Part shown: in pieces, positions 1 to 9,105 of the stretch
How the letters are laid out: each line of letters opens with the position of its first letter
How positions within the stretch are numbered: the stretch's first letter is position 1
IMG/VR virus record: IMGVR_UViG_2671180885_000005
From: a virus
Lineage: Duplodnaviria; Heunggongvirae; Uroviricota; Caudoviricetes
DNA: 46,052 nucleotides
Reading direction: 5' to 3' (one strand)
Program-made: the position numbers and the translations under genes
Notes under the pieces: generated by a model
Database searches by the model: none
What the model was told of the DNA's origin: nothing
What the model saw: the letters and a program-made list of their open reading frames with translations, nothing else

Positions 1-1254
1 ATGCTGGAACAAATGGGCATTGCCGCGAAGCAAGCCTCGTATAAATTAGCGCAACTCTCCAGCCGCGAAAAAAATCGCGTGCTGGAAAAAATCGCCGATG
101 AACTGGAAGCACAAAGCGAAATCATCCTCAACGCTAACGCCCAGGATGTTGCTGACGCGCGAGCCAATGGCCTTAGCGAAGCGATGCTTGACCGTCTGGC
201 ACTGACGCCCGCACGGCTGAAAGGCATTGCCGACGATGTACGTCAGGTGTGCAACCTCGCCGATCCGGTGGGGCAGGTAATCGATGGCGGCGTACTGGAC
301 AGCGGCCTGCGTCTTGAGCGTCGTCGCGTACCGCTGGGGGTTATTGGCGTGATTTATGAAGCGCGCCCGAACGTGACGGTTGATGTCGCTTCGCTGTGCC
401 TGAAAACCGGTAATGCGGTGATCCTGCGCGGTGGCAAAGAAACGTGTCGCACTAACGCTGCAACGGTGGCGGTGATTCAGGACGCCCTGAAATCCTGCGG
501 CTTACCGGCGGGTGCCGTGCAGGCGATTGATAATCCTGACCGTGCGCTGGTCAGTGAAATGCTGCGTATGGATAAATACATCGACATGCTGATCCCGCGT
601 GGTGGCGCTGGTTTGCATAAACTGTGCCGTGAACAGTCGACAATCCCGGTGATCACAGGTGGTATAGGCGTATGCCATATTTACGTTGATGAAAGTGTAG
701 AGATCGCTGAAGCATTAAAAGTGATCGTCAACGCGAAAACTCAGCGTCCGAGCACATGTAATACGGTTGAAACGTTGCTGGTGAATAAAAACATCGCCGA
801 TAGCTTCCTGCCCGCATTAAGCAAACAAATGGCGGAAAGCGGCGTGACATTACACGCAGATGCAGCTGCACTGGCGCAGTTGCAGGCAGGCCCTGCGAAG
901 GTGGTTGCTGTTAAAGCCGAAGAGTATGACGATGAGTTTCTGTCATTAGATTTGAACGTCAAAATCGTCAGCGATCTTGACGATGCCATCGCCCATATTC
1001 GTGAACACGGCACACAACACTCCGATGCGATCCTGACCCGCGATATGCGCAACGCCCAGCGTTTTGTTAACGAAGTGGATTCGTCCGCTGTTTACGTTAA
1101 CGCCTCTACGCGTTTTACCGACGGCGGCCAGTTTGGTCTGGGTGCGGAAGTGGCGGTAAGCACACAAAAACTCCACGCGCGTGGCCCAATGGGGCTGGAA
1201 GCACTGACCACTTACAAGTGGATCGGCATTGGTGATTACACCATTCGTGCGTAA
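1..1254 (+). CDS. proA: gamma-glutamyl phosphate reductase (complete, 417 aa)
   Basis: Full-length ORF whose translation matches my recollection of E. coli ProA from the N-terminus ([13 protein letters not shown]...) to the C-terminus (...GDYTIRA); thrW lies immediately downstream as in the E. coli chromosome. Confidence 0.95.
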
Positions 1255-1368
1255 ATAAAACCGGGTGATGCAAAAGTAGCCATTTGATTCACAAGGCCAT
1301 TGACGCATCGCCCGGTTAGTTTTAACCTTGTCCACCGTGATTCACGTTCGTGAACATGTCCTTTCAGG

Positions 1369-1444
1369 GCCGATATAGCTCAGTTGGTAGAGCAGCGCAT
1401 TCGTAATGCGAAGGTCGTAGGTTCGACTCCTATTATCGGCACCA
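1369..1444 (+). tRNA. thrW: tRNA-Thr (anticodon CGU)
   Basis: 76-nt sequence GCCGATATAGCTCAG...TCGGCACCA with a 7-nt anticodon loop UUCGUAA (anticodon CGU), TPsiC-arm GGTTCGACTCC and encoded 3' CCA. Confidence 0.9.
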
Positions 1445-1454
1445 TTAAAATCAA
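1399..1454 (+). repeat. attL: 56-bp direct repeat, 3' part of thrW plus 10 bp downstream
   Basis: ATTCGTAATGCGAAGGTCGTAGGTTCGACTCCTATTATCGGCACCATTAAAATCAA occurs identically at 1399..1454 and 36724..36779; an integrase gene abuts this copy. Confidence 0.85.
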
Positions 1455-1458
1455 TAAG

Positions 1459-2622
1459 TTACACATCATTAGTACCTTCCTTATTTTTTGACTGGGACAA
1501 ATTTGGGACCGATGGGTTCAGGATCAAGTCTATTTGCCGTGCGTGTTCGGTAAGGTGATTAGGTGCAAGGTGAGCATATCGACGAACCATTTCGATAGAC
1601 TCCCAGCCTCCCATTTCCTGTAACACTGACAACGGGACTCCGGCTTGAACCAGCCAACTTGCCCAGGTGTGTCTCAAGTCGTGAAATCTGAAATCATCAA
1701 TACCAGCCCGTCTCAGCGCCGCTTTCCAGGCTGTGTTTGCGTCATACCGCATCTTCCTTACTGTTGGCGCTTTCGTTCCGTCTGGTTTGGTACAGCTTTC
1801 CTTGTACACAAATACCCAACGGTGATGATTCCCGATTTGTTTTTTCAATACGCGACATGCAGTATCATTCAGCGCAACGCCAATTGCGCGGTTTGATTTA
1901 CTCTCTTCCGGGTTTATCCATGCCACCCGGCGCTGCATATCTATTTGTTGCCATTCAAGGTTGATGATGTTCGAGCGTCTTAAGCCTGTTGCCAGTGCAA
2001 ATTCAACAACAGACTTTAATGGCTCCGGACATTCATCAATCAGCCTTTGTGCTTCATGGGGCTCCAGCCAGCGGATCCGTTTATTCTTTGGTTGAGGCAC
2101 TTTAATAATTGGTGCCTTATCCAGCATTTTCCATTCACGCTCTGCGGCTCTTAGTAGGGCCTTTATAAATGAAAGATGCGTAGCCTTCGTTGCAACGGAC
2201 GCTGGTTTTGGCGTGTATTCTGGAACAGGTTTCCCTTTTTTTCTGCATGCTTCTGCCCTGAGTTTCCAGTTTTCCTCATGACGCCGGTTCGTCATTTTCT
2301 GCATTGCTGAATAAATTTTTGATTCAGTAATGTCTCTTAGTTGCATTCCTGCGAAATGTTGAAGCCAGAATCCGATCCGGCTTTTGTCATCGTCAAGTGA
2401 TTTTTTATGTGCTTTCTCTTCAAGCCACCTGACACACGCTTCCTCGAACGTTATATCAGGTATTTCACCAAGTTTGCTGACCCGCCATGCTTCAGCCTTT
2501 AGCTTGTCATGGAGTTCTGTCGCCTGCCTTTTGTCCTTTGTTCCAAGAGACTGTTTAAATCTTTTACCGTTCGGCAATGTGAAACTGGCGTACCATATTT
2601 CACCTCTGCGGAAGAGTGACAT
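1459..2622 (-). CDS. int: tyrosine-type site-specific integrase
   Basis: 387-aa ORF next to attL, transcribed toward the tRNA; C-terminal catalytic region [39 protein letters not shown] (R..HxxR..Y pattern). Confidence 0.9.
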   Translation of the reverse strand: MSLFRRGEIWYASFTLPNGKRFKQSLGTKDKRQATELHDKLKAEAWRVSKLGEIPDITFEEACVRWLEEKAHKKSLDDDKSRIGFWLQHFAGMQLRDITESKIYSAMQKMTNRRHEENWKLRAEACRKKGKPVPEYTPKPASVATKATHLSFIKALLRAAEREWKMLDKAPIIKVPQPKNKRIRWLEPHEAQRLIDECPEPLKSVVEFALATGLRRSNIINLEWQQIDMQRRVAWINPEESKSNRAIGVALNDTACRVLKKQIGNHHRWVFVYKESCTKPDGTKAPTVRKMRYDANTAWKAALRRAGIDDFRFHDLRHTWASWLVQAGVPLSVLQEMGGWESIEMVRRYAHLAPNHLTEHARQIDLILNPSVPNLSQSKNKEGTNDV

Positions 2623-2849
2623 TTTCTTTCCTCTGTTATGCCATCACCCGCGCTCACCTGGACAGTATGCAGCGGAGACTGAAGAGCCGCAATGCAGGCT
2701 TGTCGTGTTGTGAGGTAAGGAGATTTATTCTTAGTGGGATCTTTGCGTGTTGCCTGAAGACGCCCTGTGCGTATCCAGTTAATAGCAGTCGGTCTGGATA
2801 TCTTGAGAAAATGACAGGCCTCATCGAGTGTGAGGCTGTATGGCTCCAT
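2499..2849 (-). CDS. xis: excisionase-like HTH DNA-binding protein
   Basis: Internal ATG at 2849 ([31 protein letters not shown]...) preceded by AGAGGTG; the HTH region resembles Xis/AlpA-type proteins; the 3' end overlaps int, as lambda xis does. Confidence 0.55.
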   Translation of the reverse strand: MEPYSLTLDEACHFLKISRPTAINWIRTGRLQATRKDPTKNKSPYLTTRQACIAALQSPLHTVQVSAGDGITEERKCHSSAEVKYGTPVSHCRTVKDLNSLLEQRTKGRRQNSMTS

Positions 2850-3193
2850 TATTTCACCTCTTGCTGTGACATTGTTGAAAAATGGATACCAGCTCGTTGC
2901 TGCCAGACGATCCAACCGAGAGTCATATCCCATGCCATGTATTCGTTATCGCCGTTTTTTGCTCTCCGACGATCGACTGTTTTACCGAAACGCTTTTCCA
3001 TAAATAATTCATAGGCTGCGCGTTCATCTGGCTCAACTTCCAGAGATGCCAGTGCAATCCGTGCCAGTTCTAAATCATTTTCAAGCTCAGCGCGAATCTC
3101 AGCGAATGCACTCTGTGTTAAGGTGAACTCAATGCTCTGCACTTTATTCCGTGCGCGCTCAAGCAGTGCATGGTAGTTAATTTCGGTTGTCAT
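2849..3193 (-). CDS. hypothetical phage protein (114 aa)
   Basis: ORF with a strong SD (GAGGTAGGGG) before the ATG at 3193; its stop overlaps the xis start (TAATG). Confidence 0.6.
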   Translation of the reverse strand: MTTEINYHALLERARNKVQSIEFTLTQSAFAEIRAELENDLELARIALASLEVEPDERAAYELFMEKRFGKTVDRRRAKNGDNEYMAWDMTLGWIVWQQRAGIHFSTMSQQEVK

Positions 3194-4068
3194 ACCCCTA
3201 CCTCTTCGAATTCCAATTCCAATTGATCACCCCAGATTTCACATGACTCTGAACACGAGCCGGTATCGAATCGCCTGGCCTGTACCATCGCCTGATACAA
3301 ATTTCTGTAGTCGCTGTTGGCAGACATTCTGGCAATTCCGTCAAGCGTCAGGTGACCACGGTACATAATGTCTTTACCTGTTCTGCGATGATCATCCCTG
3401 ACGTGTTTGCCTGTAACCAGCTCATTAAAAACTCGCATCAGACCTGGTTCGTCTTTACATGCAAGCCCCAGCTTTTGCGTTGACTTTTTGATGCAGAAAA
3501 CACAGTTCCCGAGATGCTCCGGGATTTGCAAATCAAAAGGTTGTTTTCGCCACCACCGGATAACATCCGACTTATCAAAATCTGACAGCTCGGCAAGATA
3601 CCGGACGCCCGATTTCGGTTTCAGCCTACGGGGTTCGTCTGCACGAATACCCAGCCATGTGATGTAATTACCTCGCCCGAAATGGTTATCGCAGTATTTC
3701 GTGAAAGGGATGAGTTTTAGCCTGTCAGTACAGAACGCGCCGCCGATGTATGGCGTGCCGTACTTTTTAACCATGTCCATAAACGGTTTAAGCACCGGCA
3801 TTCGTGTCTGAATATCCTTTGGCTCCCATTCTGTATAACCATTTGGCTGCCCAAGCTCAGGATTTATATCGACCTGTAACACAGTTAGTGGTATGTCCCA
3901 GAACTTCACAACCTCCCGGATAAAGCGGTATGTCAGCGGATGTTCGCAACCGGTATCCATAAAGATGTAGCAGACGTTATTGCCAGCCTTTCTTTGTTCT
4001 TCCATCAGGTGAACAAGATATGCGGATGTTCTCCCGCCAGAAAAACTAACTACATGAGTTATGCACAT
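3190..4068 (-). CDS. PAPS reductase-family PP-loop ATPase
   Basis: Translation from the internal ATG at 4068 (MCITHVVSFSGGRTSAYLVHLM...) shows an SGGxxS PP-loop-like motif typical of the PAPS reductase / adenine-nucleotide alpha-hydrolase superfamily; start chosen to avoid a long overlap with the upstream gene. Confidence 0.75.
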   Translation of the reverse strand: MCITHVVSFSGGRTSAYLVHLMEEQRKAGNNVCYIFMDTGCEHPLTYRFIREVVKFWDIPLTVLQVDINPELGQPNGYTEWEPKDIQTRMPVLKPFMDMVKKYGTPYIGGAFCTDRLKLIPFTKYCDNHFGRGNYITWLGIRADEPRRLKPKSGVRYLAELSDFDKSDVIRWWRKQPFDLQIPEHLGNCVFCIKKSTQKLGLACKDEPGLMRVFNELVTGKHVRDDHRRTGKDIMYRGHLTLDGIARMSANSDYRNLYQAMVQARRFDTGSCSESCEIWGDQLELEFEEVGV

Positions 4069-4595
4069 TTGCGTAATTCCGATAACTCGTTGAAGCGTTC
4101 CATAAACATCCCGTAGGCATGGCCCGGTGCCAGTGGAATAACTTTGAACATCTCTGTTGCCGGGATACCTTCCAGTACAGGCCATAAAGAGCCATCATCA
4201 AGCCCGAGATCACGGCGTTCGGTTGCCAGCATAATGAGATCGGCATATTTCACTGGCGTGCTCATAACAGGAGGTAACCCGTATTTCTCACGGATTACTG
4301 CATCTATTTTTTCTTCCATCCGTTTATAGTCAGGAAGAAGGCGTTTCAGTGGTGCGGGGATGTCCTGGCAATACGCTTCTGTTGCATCATGCATTAACGC
4401 TTCAAAAGCAAATTCCTGTGGCACCAGCTGGCTGCAAAGCACCGCATGTTGGGCGACACTGTAGAAGTGAGAAAGATGACCGGCAAAGCGGCAGATATTT
4501 GAAAGGGAAACCGCGATATCGTTAATCACGATGTCGTCTTTATTTATCTTGTCATAATAAAAATGCTTCCCGGAAAAAGTTTTAATAAATGACAT
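4059..4595 (-). CDS. HD-domain phosphohydrolase (YfbR-like 5'-deoxynucleotidase family)
   Basis: ATG at 4595 preceded by GGAGA; H...HD motif (HFYSVAQHAV...LMHDATEAY...DIPAPLK) resembles YfbR-type HD nucleotidases. Confidence 0.7.
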   Translation of the reverse strand: MSFIKTFSGKHFYYDKINKDDIVINDIAVSLSNICRFAGHLSHFYSVAQHAVLCSQLVPQEFAFEALMHDATEAYCQDIPAPLKRLLPDYKRMEEKIDAVIREKYGLPPVMSTPVKYADLIMLATERRDLGLDDGSLWPVLEGIPATEMFKVIPLAPGHAYGMFMERFNELSELRKCA

Positions 4596-4722
4596 TTTGT
4601 TCTCCACGTATATGCGCTGCACCGCGCTGAGTTTGGGTAAAAGGAAGCCCTCACCATCCGGTGATTATTGAGTTAATTACGTTTCCATAAATGCCCCCGC
4701 AGGGGCATTTGCAGTAATGAAA

Positions 4723-5547
4723 TCAGGCGGTGAAAGTACCAATAAAGGTTTCTACTTTGCTGTCTTTGAATTTCTCAACAAGCAGATCACGAAATTCGTT
4801 AGCCATATCTTCCTGCACCGCTTCCAGCTGAATAATGCGCAGAACCAGTACAGGACGATCGCCAGTGATAATGCTGAGGCGTAATTTAAACGGACGTTCT
4901 TTCAGACCTTCAAACGGAACGCATTTAAATTCAAATGCCACTGGCATAATGTCTTTGGTCTTCGCTTCGACAGATTCCATCAGGGAGCGTTTGCCGCTGA
5001 AGTCATTATCTTCAAAATCAGCGGTCTGGTTTGCTTCAATCGTGATTTTACGGATTGCCGCAGCCGCTTTTGTTGCCTGAATGGCATCACCATTAGCATC
5101 AAAGCCCACAAGGTAGTCGGCCCAGTCTTCGATCCATTCTGCCAGTGACTTCTGGGAGTTACGCTCGCCGTTAACAGACAACAGAGCAGAGAACGGTGCT
5201 GTCTTTTTCAGTTTGAGAGTGGCAGTGTTATCTGCGTGACCTGGCTCATCAATAGTACCCAGGTTAAGCACACTGACGGCACGCATATTATCGGCATCGA
5301 TAAAGCAGCGGGTGCCTTCATCTGCAAGATCTTTAGAATAACGGGTAAAGTCATCGATGCTGGCAGTGGAAAGCGCACCACGGAAACGGAAGCGATTTAA
5401 ATTAAATTTTTCCAGATCATGAATGCGGAAATTCTCAGGCAATGCCACAGCATCGGCACCAATCTTACTGATAATTTCATTAACACCCTGAGCAGAAATA
5501 AGGGCATGGATTTGATTAATTGCGGTTGCGTCTAAGTTCTGAGACAT
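4723..5547 (-). CDS. DUF2303 / YfdQ-family phage protein
   Basis: 274-aa ORF, SD GAGGA before the ATG at 5547; sequence resembles the YfdQ family of E. coli prophages as I recall it. Confidence 0.75.
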
Positions 5548-5612
5548 AATAAGTCCTCACTATATAAAGATATTCAGTGATGAGATAAATAATCAGTTTA
5601 TTAAGAACGATA

Positions 5613-5975
5613 TTAACGACCTGCTGCGCGGAGTTTTCCGTCAGGCTCACCGGCAAGAGTCAGTAATTGTCCCTGGTCTTCCTGCAGAATAGTCAGGCGA
5701 CCACCGCGATTGACATACATCGGCGTTTCGGTGGTGTCTTCTTCGGAAATTTTCCCACGGTTAGTCGGGCGAACATATGAGAGTTTGTGTTTGATTTTCA
5801 CACGGTTCTCATCAAATGGTTCGATTTCCAGGTTGAGTGAGACCTTACCTTTGGTTTTCGTGTTCATCACACCGGAAGCGACTTCACTGAGAACTGCGCC
5901 GATTTTGGTTTCAAATACGCCGCCGTCCAGCTCCCCGATAAATGCCTGCACATCAGTACTGCGTTCGCTAGCCAT
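5613..5975 (-). CDS. hypothetical phage protein (120 aa)
   Basis: Internal ATG at 5975 (MASERSTDVQAFIGEL...) with AGGAG 9 nt upstream; the longer 226-aa ORF in the track runs through a GC-rich region with no start signal. Confidence 0.6.
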   Translation of the reverse strand: MASERSTDVQAFIGELDGGVFETKIGAVLSEVASGVMNTKTKGKVSLNLEIEPFDENRVKIKHKLSYVRPTNRGKISEEDTTETPMYVNRGGRLTILQEDQGQLLTLAGEPDGKLRAAGR

Positions 5976-6575
5976 TTTGCTGCTCCTCATCATATCGACC
6001 CTGCAAGGCCGATTAGTTTCTCCACAAAACAGAGAAGAACACCTGCGGTGGCAGCCGCCCGGATGGATTGGGTTATGAGCCCGTCGTCCGGTGATGCTCT
6101 TCTCTGTTTTGTAAAAAGAGCGGTACCAGCCGGAAGCAAGGGTACAAACTGGTACCGCCAGGACTACACACAGCATAAAGTTGTGGTGCCGGGTGCCTCC
6201 CGGTGCCTGGCGAAGGTTGCACACCAGACGGGTGGGTATCCACAGAAGGTCGACTGTCAGCCTCAACCTTAACCCGCGTGCGCTGAGCCGCATTCACCAC
6301 AACGCTAAGGATTCTCTCTGGTTGAAAATACTTAGCTGTTATGTGCCTGTCTTTTCACCACTTCAGGCTCGGTGGTATCCTTTTAAGCCCGTATACATAA
6401 AAGGAAAATCAAATGACTTTTGATGAAAAAGAACTTGATAATGCAATTAATAAAATCATCGTAACGTCGCTCTTTTCCTGTCTCAGCGACACTCAGCAGA
6501 AACAGTTCTACGAATCGGCTTTCAACATGATCGAGCGTTGTTGTTTCTGCGATGCCGACGAGTTACCTGAAAAAA

Positions 6576-6851
6576 TCAGGAAACAGTTGGCTGATGCTCT
6601 TCGAGTGCGACTTTCTGACCAATTTTCTGAAATGTGCTCTCCGAATTTGGACAAATAGAAAAAGGCCATTTCCATTCAGGGTCTGATGGAAATACTTCAG
6701 CCTGTTCCAAAGCACGGTGTAAAGAGAACACAACTCCAGCCATAATCTGATGTTTCCCATTGGTCCAGCTATCGCCGCTCTGATCTACAGGAGCGGCTAT
6801 GTCGTATGACCAAACGACTTCACCACTATTGTTTAAAATCTGGACTTTCAT
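6576..6851 (-). CDS. hypothetical protein (91 aa)
   Basis: ORF with GGAGG SD before the ATG at 6851, immediately after the upstream minus-strand gene; its 3' end overlaps antisense with the plus-strand ORF 6413..6658, so only one may be real. Confidence 0.45.
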   Translation of the reverse strand: MKVQILNNSGEVVWSYDIAAPVDQSGDSWTNGKHQIMAGVVFSLHRALEQAEVFPSDPEWKWPFSICPNSESTFQKIGQKVALEEHQPTVS

Positions 6852-6859
6852 TTTGTTCT

Positions 6860-7063
6860 TTAACCTCCAGATTTCCGCGCATCTAAAGGCGCATTCTCAT
6901 TTGGTGTGAACTGAATAGTTGTGCTGATATTGATTAATGCCCCGACACACAAGACTACGCACTCAGAGCAGATAGCAACTTCATCTTTTCCGCCTTTGGC
7001 GATGATTTTTTTTGCCTGCAGCTCGTTTGCGCTACAAAACGAGCATGTGAAATAACGGTTCAT
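6860..7063 (-). CDS. small protein with ClpX-type C4 zinc-finger motif
   Basis: MNRYFTCSFCSANELQAKKIIAKGGKDEVAICSECVVLCVGALI resembles the ClpX N-terminal zinc-binding domain (CSFC...CxxC); start uncertain between 7063 and 7081. Confidence 0.55.
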   Translation of the reverse strand: MNRYFTCSFCSANELQAKKIIAKGGKDEVAICSECVVLCVGALINISTTIQFTPNENAPLDARKSGG

Positions 7064-7168
7064 TTGCGCTCTCTTACACATAGTATTTAACGAATCATCC
7101 GGTCATTCATACGCCACCGGCGGCTACTTCGTGGGCGTCCTGCCTGTTCGTTATCTTTGATATAAAAT

Positions 7169-7182
7169 CTAACTTAACTTAG
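7169..7182. promoter_or_regulatory. candidate OL operator (CTAAC-N4-CTTAG palindrome)
   Basis: 14-bp near-palindrome CTAACTTAACTTAG in the intergenic region downstream of the repressor gene; same motif as the two sites between cI and cro. Confidence 0.4.
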
Positions 7183-7247
7183 TTATTATGGCAAGAGAAA
7201 ACACCAAACTTTTCTTAGTTCGGTGCCTTAGTTAGAGAAGAGAGGTC

Positions 7248-7874
7248 TTAGAGTTCGTATTGAACTCCTTTGACTACACCAATGATAAGGCAATTACCAT
7301 TGATAGGGATGTTGGGATACCGAGGATTTAATGGCACTAAAAACTTTTGAGGGCCATCGATGACTAATTTTTTTACTGTAGCTTCGTTTGTTCCATCAAG
7401 TCGAGCGATGACTATTTTTCCATGACGAGGTTCTGCATCTGGATCTACAATCACTGTTGCGCCTTCTGGTATTGTTGGGAGGCCATTAGGGTTAGTCATG
7501 GAGTCACCTTTAACCTCTAATGCAAATGAGTTATCACCAATCTTTAATGATGTATCTACCCACTTGTCCACTTCACTAAACACTTCTGCTGCCCTGCACT
7601 CAGTAAACTGCCCAGCCTGAACCCACGATATTACAGGAACTCTGCGCATGTTTGTGACGAGTTTGCCTTCAAACTCAGCACCATAAAGAATGTAATCTAT
7701 TGACGTATTGAAGAACTTCGCTAATTTCGAAAGTGCCTCCCCACCAGGGGTATTGATGTCTTTCTCCCAGTACCCCACAGCAACGTCGCTTACTCCACAA
7801 AATTTACCCAATTCTTTCTGGGACGTTCTGGTAACTCTTCTCAGAGCTTTTATACGCTGACCAACCGTTTCCAT
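7248..7874 (-). CDS. cI: CI-like prophage repressor (HTH-XRE plus S24 LexA-like peptidase domain)
   Basis: N-terminal HTH (QKELGKFCGVSDVAVGYWEKD), C-terminal S24 autoprotease motif (GDSMTNPNG...K); divergent from a cro-like gene. Confidence 0.9.
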   Translation of the reverse strand: METVGQRIKALRRVTRTSQKELGKFCGVSDVAVGYWEKDINTPGGEALSKLAKFFNTSIDYILYGAEFEGKLVTNMRRVPVISWVQAGQFTECRAAEVFSEVDKWVDTSLKIGDNSFALEVKGDSMTNPNGLPTIPEGATVIVDPDAEPRHGKIVIARLDGTNEATVKKLVIDGPQKFLVPLNPRYPNIPINGNCLIIGVVKGVQYEL

Positions 7875-7896
7875 AGGAGCACCATTTTTTGAATTG

Positions 7897-7910
7897 CTAA
7901 GTAATCTTAG
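7897..7910. promoter_or_regulatory. candidate OR operator site 1 (CTAAG-TAAT-CTTAG perfect palindrome)
   Basis: Perfect 14-bp palindrome in the cI–cro intergenic region. Confidence 0.45.
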
Positions 7911-7945
7911 TTTTTATTGACCAAAGATAGATTTGTAATTAGCAT

Positions 7946-7959
7946 CTAACAAAACTTAG
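7946..7959. promoter_or_regulatory. candidate OR operator site 2 (CTAAC-AAAA-CTTAG)
   Basis: Second copy of the same motif 36 bp from site 1, just upstream of the cro SD. Confidence 0.4.
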
Positions 7960-7971
7960 TTTGGAGGGCGT

Positions 7972-8172
7972 ATGACAACTGACGATATCGAAAGCTACTT
8001 CGGCAGTATTGAGAAAGTTGCTGCTTTTTTCGGCATAACAACTGAAGCCGTTTATCAGTGGCGAAACCGTCCGGGCCAGTTAATTCCAAAAGGACGTGCA
8101 GCAGAAGCTGCATATAGAACTTGCGGACGGTTGCCATTTAAACCTGAGCTTTATGAAAAATCTAATGGATAA
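7972..8172 (+). CDS. cro: Cro-like / YdaS-like HTH regulator
   Basis: 66-aa ORF divergent from cI, SD GGAGGG before the ATG; HTH segment FGITTEAVYQWRNR. Confidence 0.75.
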   Translation: MTTDDIESYFGSIEKVAAFFGITTEAVYQWRNRPGQLIPKGRAAEAAYRTCGRLPFKPELYEKSNG

Positions 8173-8761
8173 ATCGATTAACAGAAACCACAGAACGATG
8201 AGGCTAACCGTGGGTAAGCATCACTGGAAAGTAGAAAAACAGCCTGAGTGGTACGTGAAAGCTGTCAGAAAAACTATCGCAAAGTTGCCGGGTGGTTACG
8301 CTGAAGCAGCTGACTGGCTGGATGTAACAGAGAACGCATTATTTAACCGCCTTCGTGCCGATGGCGATCAGATTTTCCCGCTGGGATGGGCAATGATTTT
8401 GCAACGTGCTGGTGGAACTCACTTCATTGCTGACGCTGTGGCGCAGTCTGCAAATGGCGTCTTTGTGTCTCTTCCTGACGTCGAGGATGTGGACAACGCC
8501 GATATTAACCAGCGTCTGCTGGAAGTCATTGAACAGATCGGCAGTTATTCAAAACAGATTCGTTCAGCAATCGAAGACGGTGTAGTGGAACCGCATGAGA
8601 AGACAGCAATTAACGACGAGCTGTATCTCTCAATTTCGAAGCTGCATGAGCATGCAGCACTGGTCTACAAAATCTTTTGCATTTCAGAAAGTAATGACGC
8701 CCGCGAGTGTGCAGCTCCGGGCGCCGTGGCGTGTCGTGACTGTGGAGAAACTAACGCATGA
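8153..8761 (+). CDS. YdaT/CII-like regulatory protein (putative)
   Basis: Immediately follows cro in the cII position; resembles the YdaT family that follows ydaS in Rac-like prophages. Start ambiguous (8096 GTG, 8153 ATG or 8165 ATG). Confidence 0.5.
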   Translation: MKNLMDKSINRNHRTMRLTVGKHHWKVEKQPEWYVKAVRKTIAKLPGGYAEAADWLDVTENALFNRLRADGDQIFPLGWAMILQRAGGTHFIADAVAQSANGVFVSLPDVEDVDNADINQRLLEVIEQIGSYSKQIRSAIEDGVVEPHEKTAINDELYLSISKLHEHAALVYKIFCISESNDARECAAPGAVACRDCGETNA

Positions 8762-9096
8762 ACAGTTTAACAACACACTACCGTCGCTCGCAACTGATTG
8801 CGCTTCCTGTACCGGGTGGAAAAGCGAAGGTGGAGTATTGCTATGCAGTGAATGTACCAGGTGACAGGGAAATTGTAACCCACAGCTTTGCAGAGTGGGC
8901 TGTGGGTGATTTCAACCGGCAGAAGGAGACAGTCCTTTGCGACAAGTTAACCGCTGGTTCAAAGATCACTACGGAGTGCCCGTCAGAGTCATTCGTTGGG
9001 AGCCGGAAACACAACGGGTTATCTACCTCCGTGAAGGCTATGAGCATGAGTGCTTCAGCCCGCTCGAACAGTTTCGTCGTAAATTCAGGGAAATAG
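8758..9096 (+). CDS. hypothetical protein (112 aa)
   Basis: ORF start overlaps the upstream stop (ATGA), suggesting translational coupling; no recognisable family. Confidence 0.5.
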   Translation: MNSLTTHYRRSQLIALPVPGGKAKVEYCYAVNVPGDREIVTHSFAEWAVGDFNRQKETVLCDKLTAGSKITTECPSESFVGSRKHNGLSTSVKAMSMSASARSNSFVVNSGK

Positions 9097-9105
9097 AGGT
9101 CGGTC

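Noticed and set aside
741-1335. Antisense ORFs 741..1052 and 946..1335 inside or overlapping proA
   Set aside because: They lie antisense within a well-supported conserved gene, with no RBS and low-complexity translations; typical spurious ORFs.
1645-2713. Plus-strand ORFs 1645..1896, 1737..1964 and 2384..2713 inside the integrase/xis region
   Set aside because: Antisense to the clearly recognisable integrase; Ser/Cys/Leu-rich translations; no start signals.
6025-6111. Retron msr/msd or type III toxin-antitoxin RNA hypothesis for the inverted-repeat region
   Set aside because: No reverse transcriptase or toxin gene adjacent and no tandem repeat array; kept only as a generic structured-RNA candidate.
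5613-6293. Long 226-aa version of the ORF ending at 5613
   Set aside because: The N-terminal 106 codons are Arg/Cys/Pro-rich read-through of a GC-rich region with no start signal; the internal ATG at 5975 has a strong AGGAG SD.
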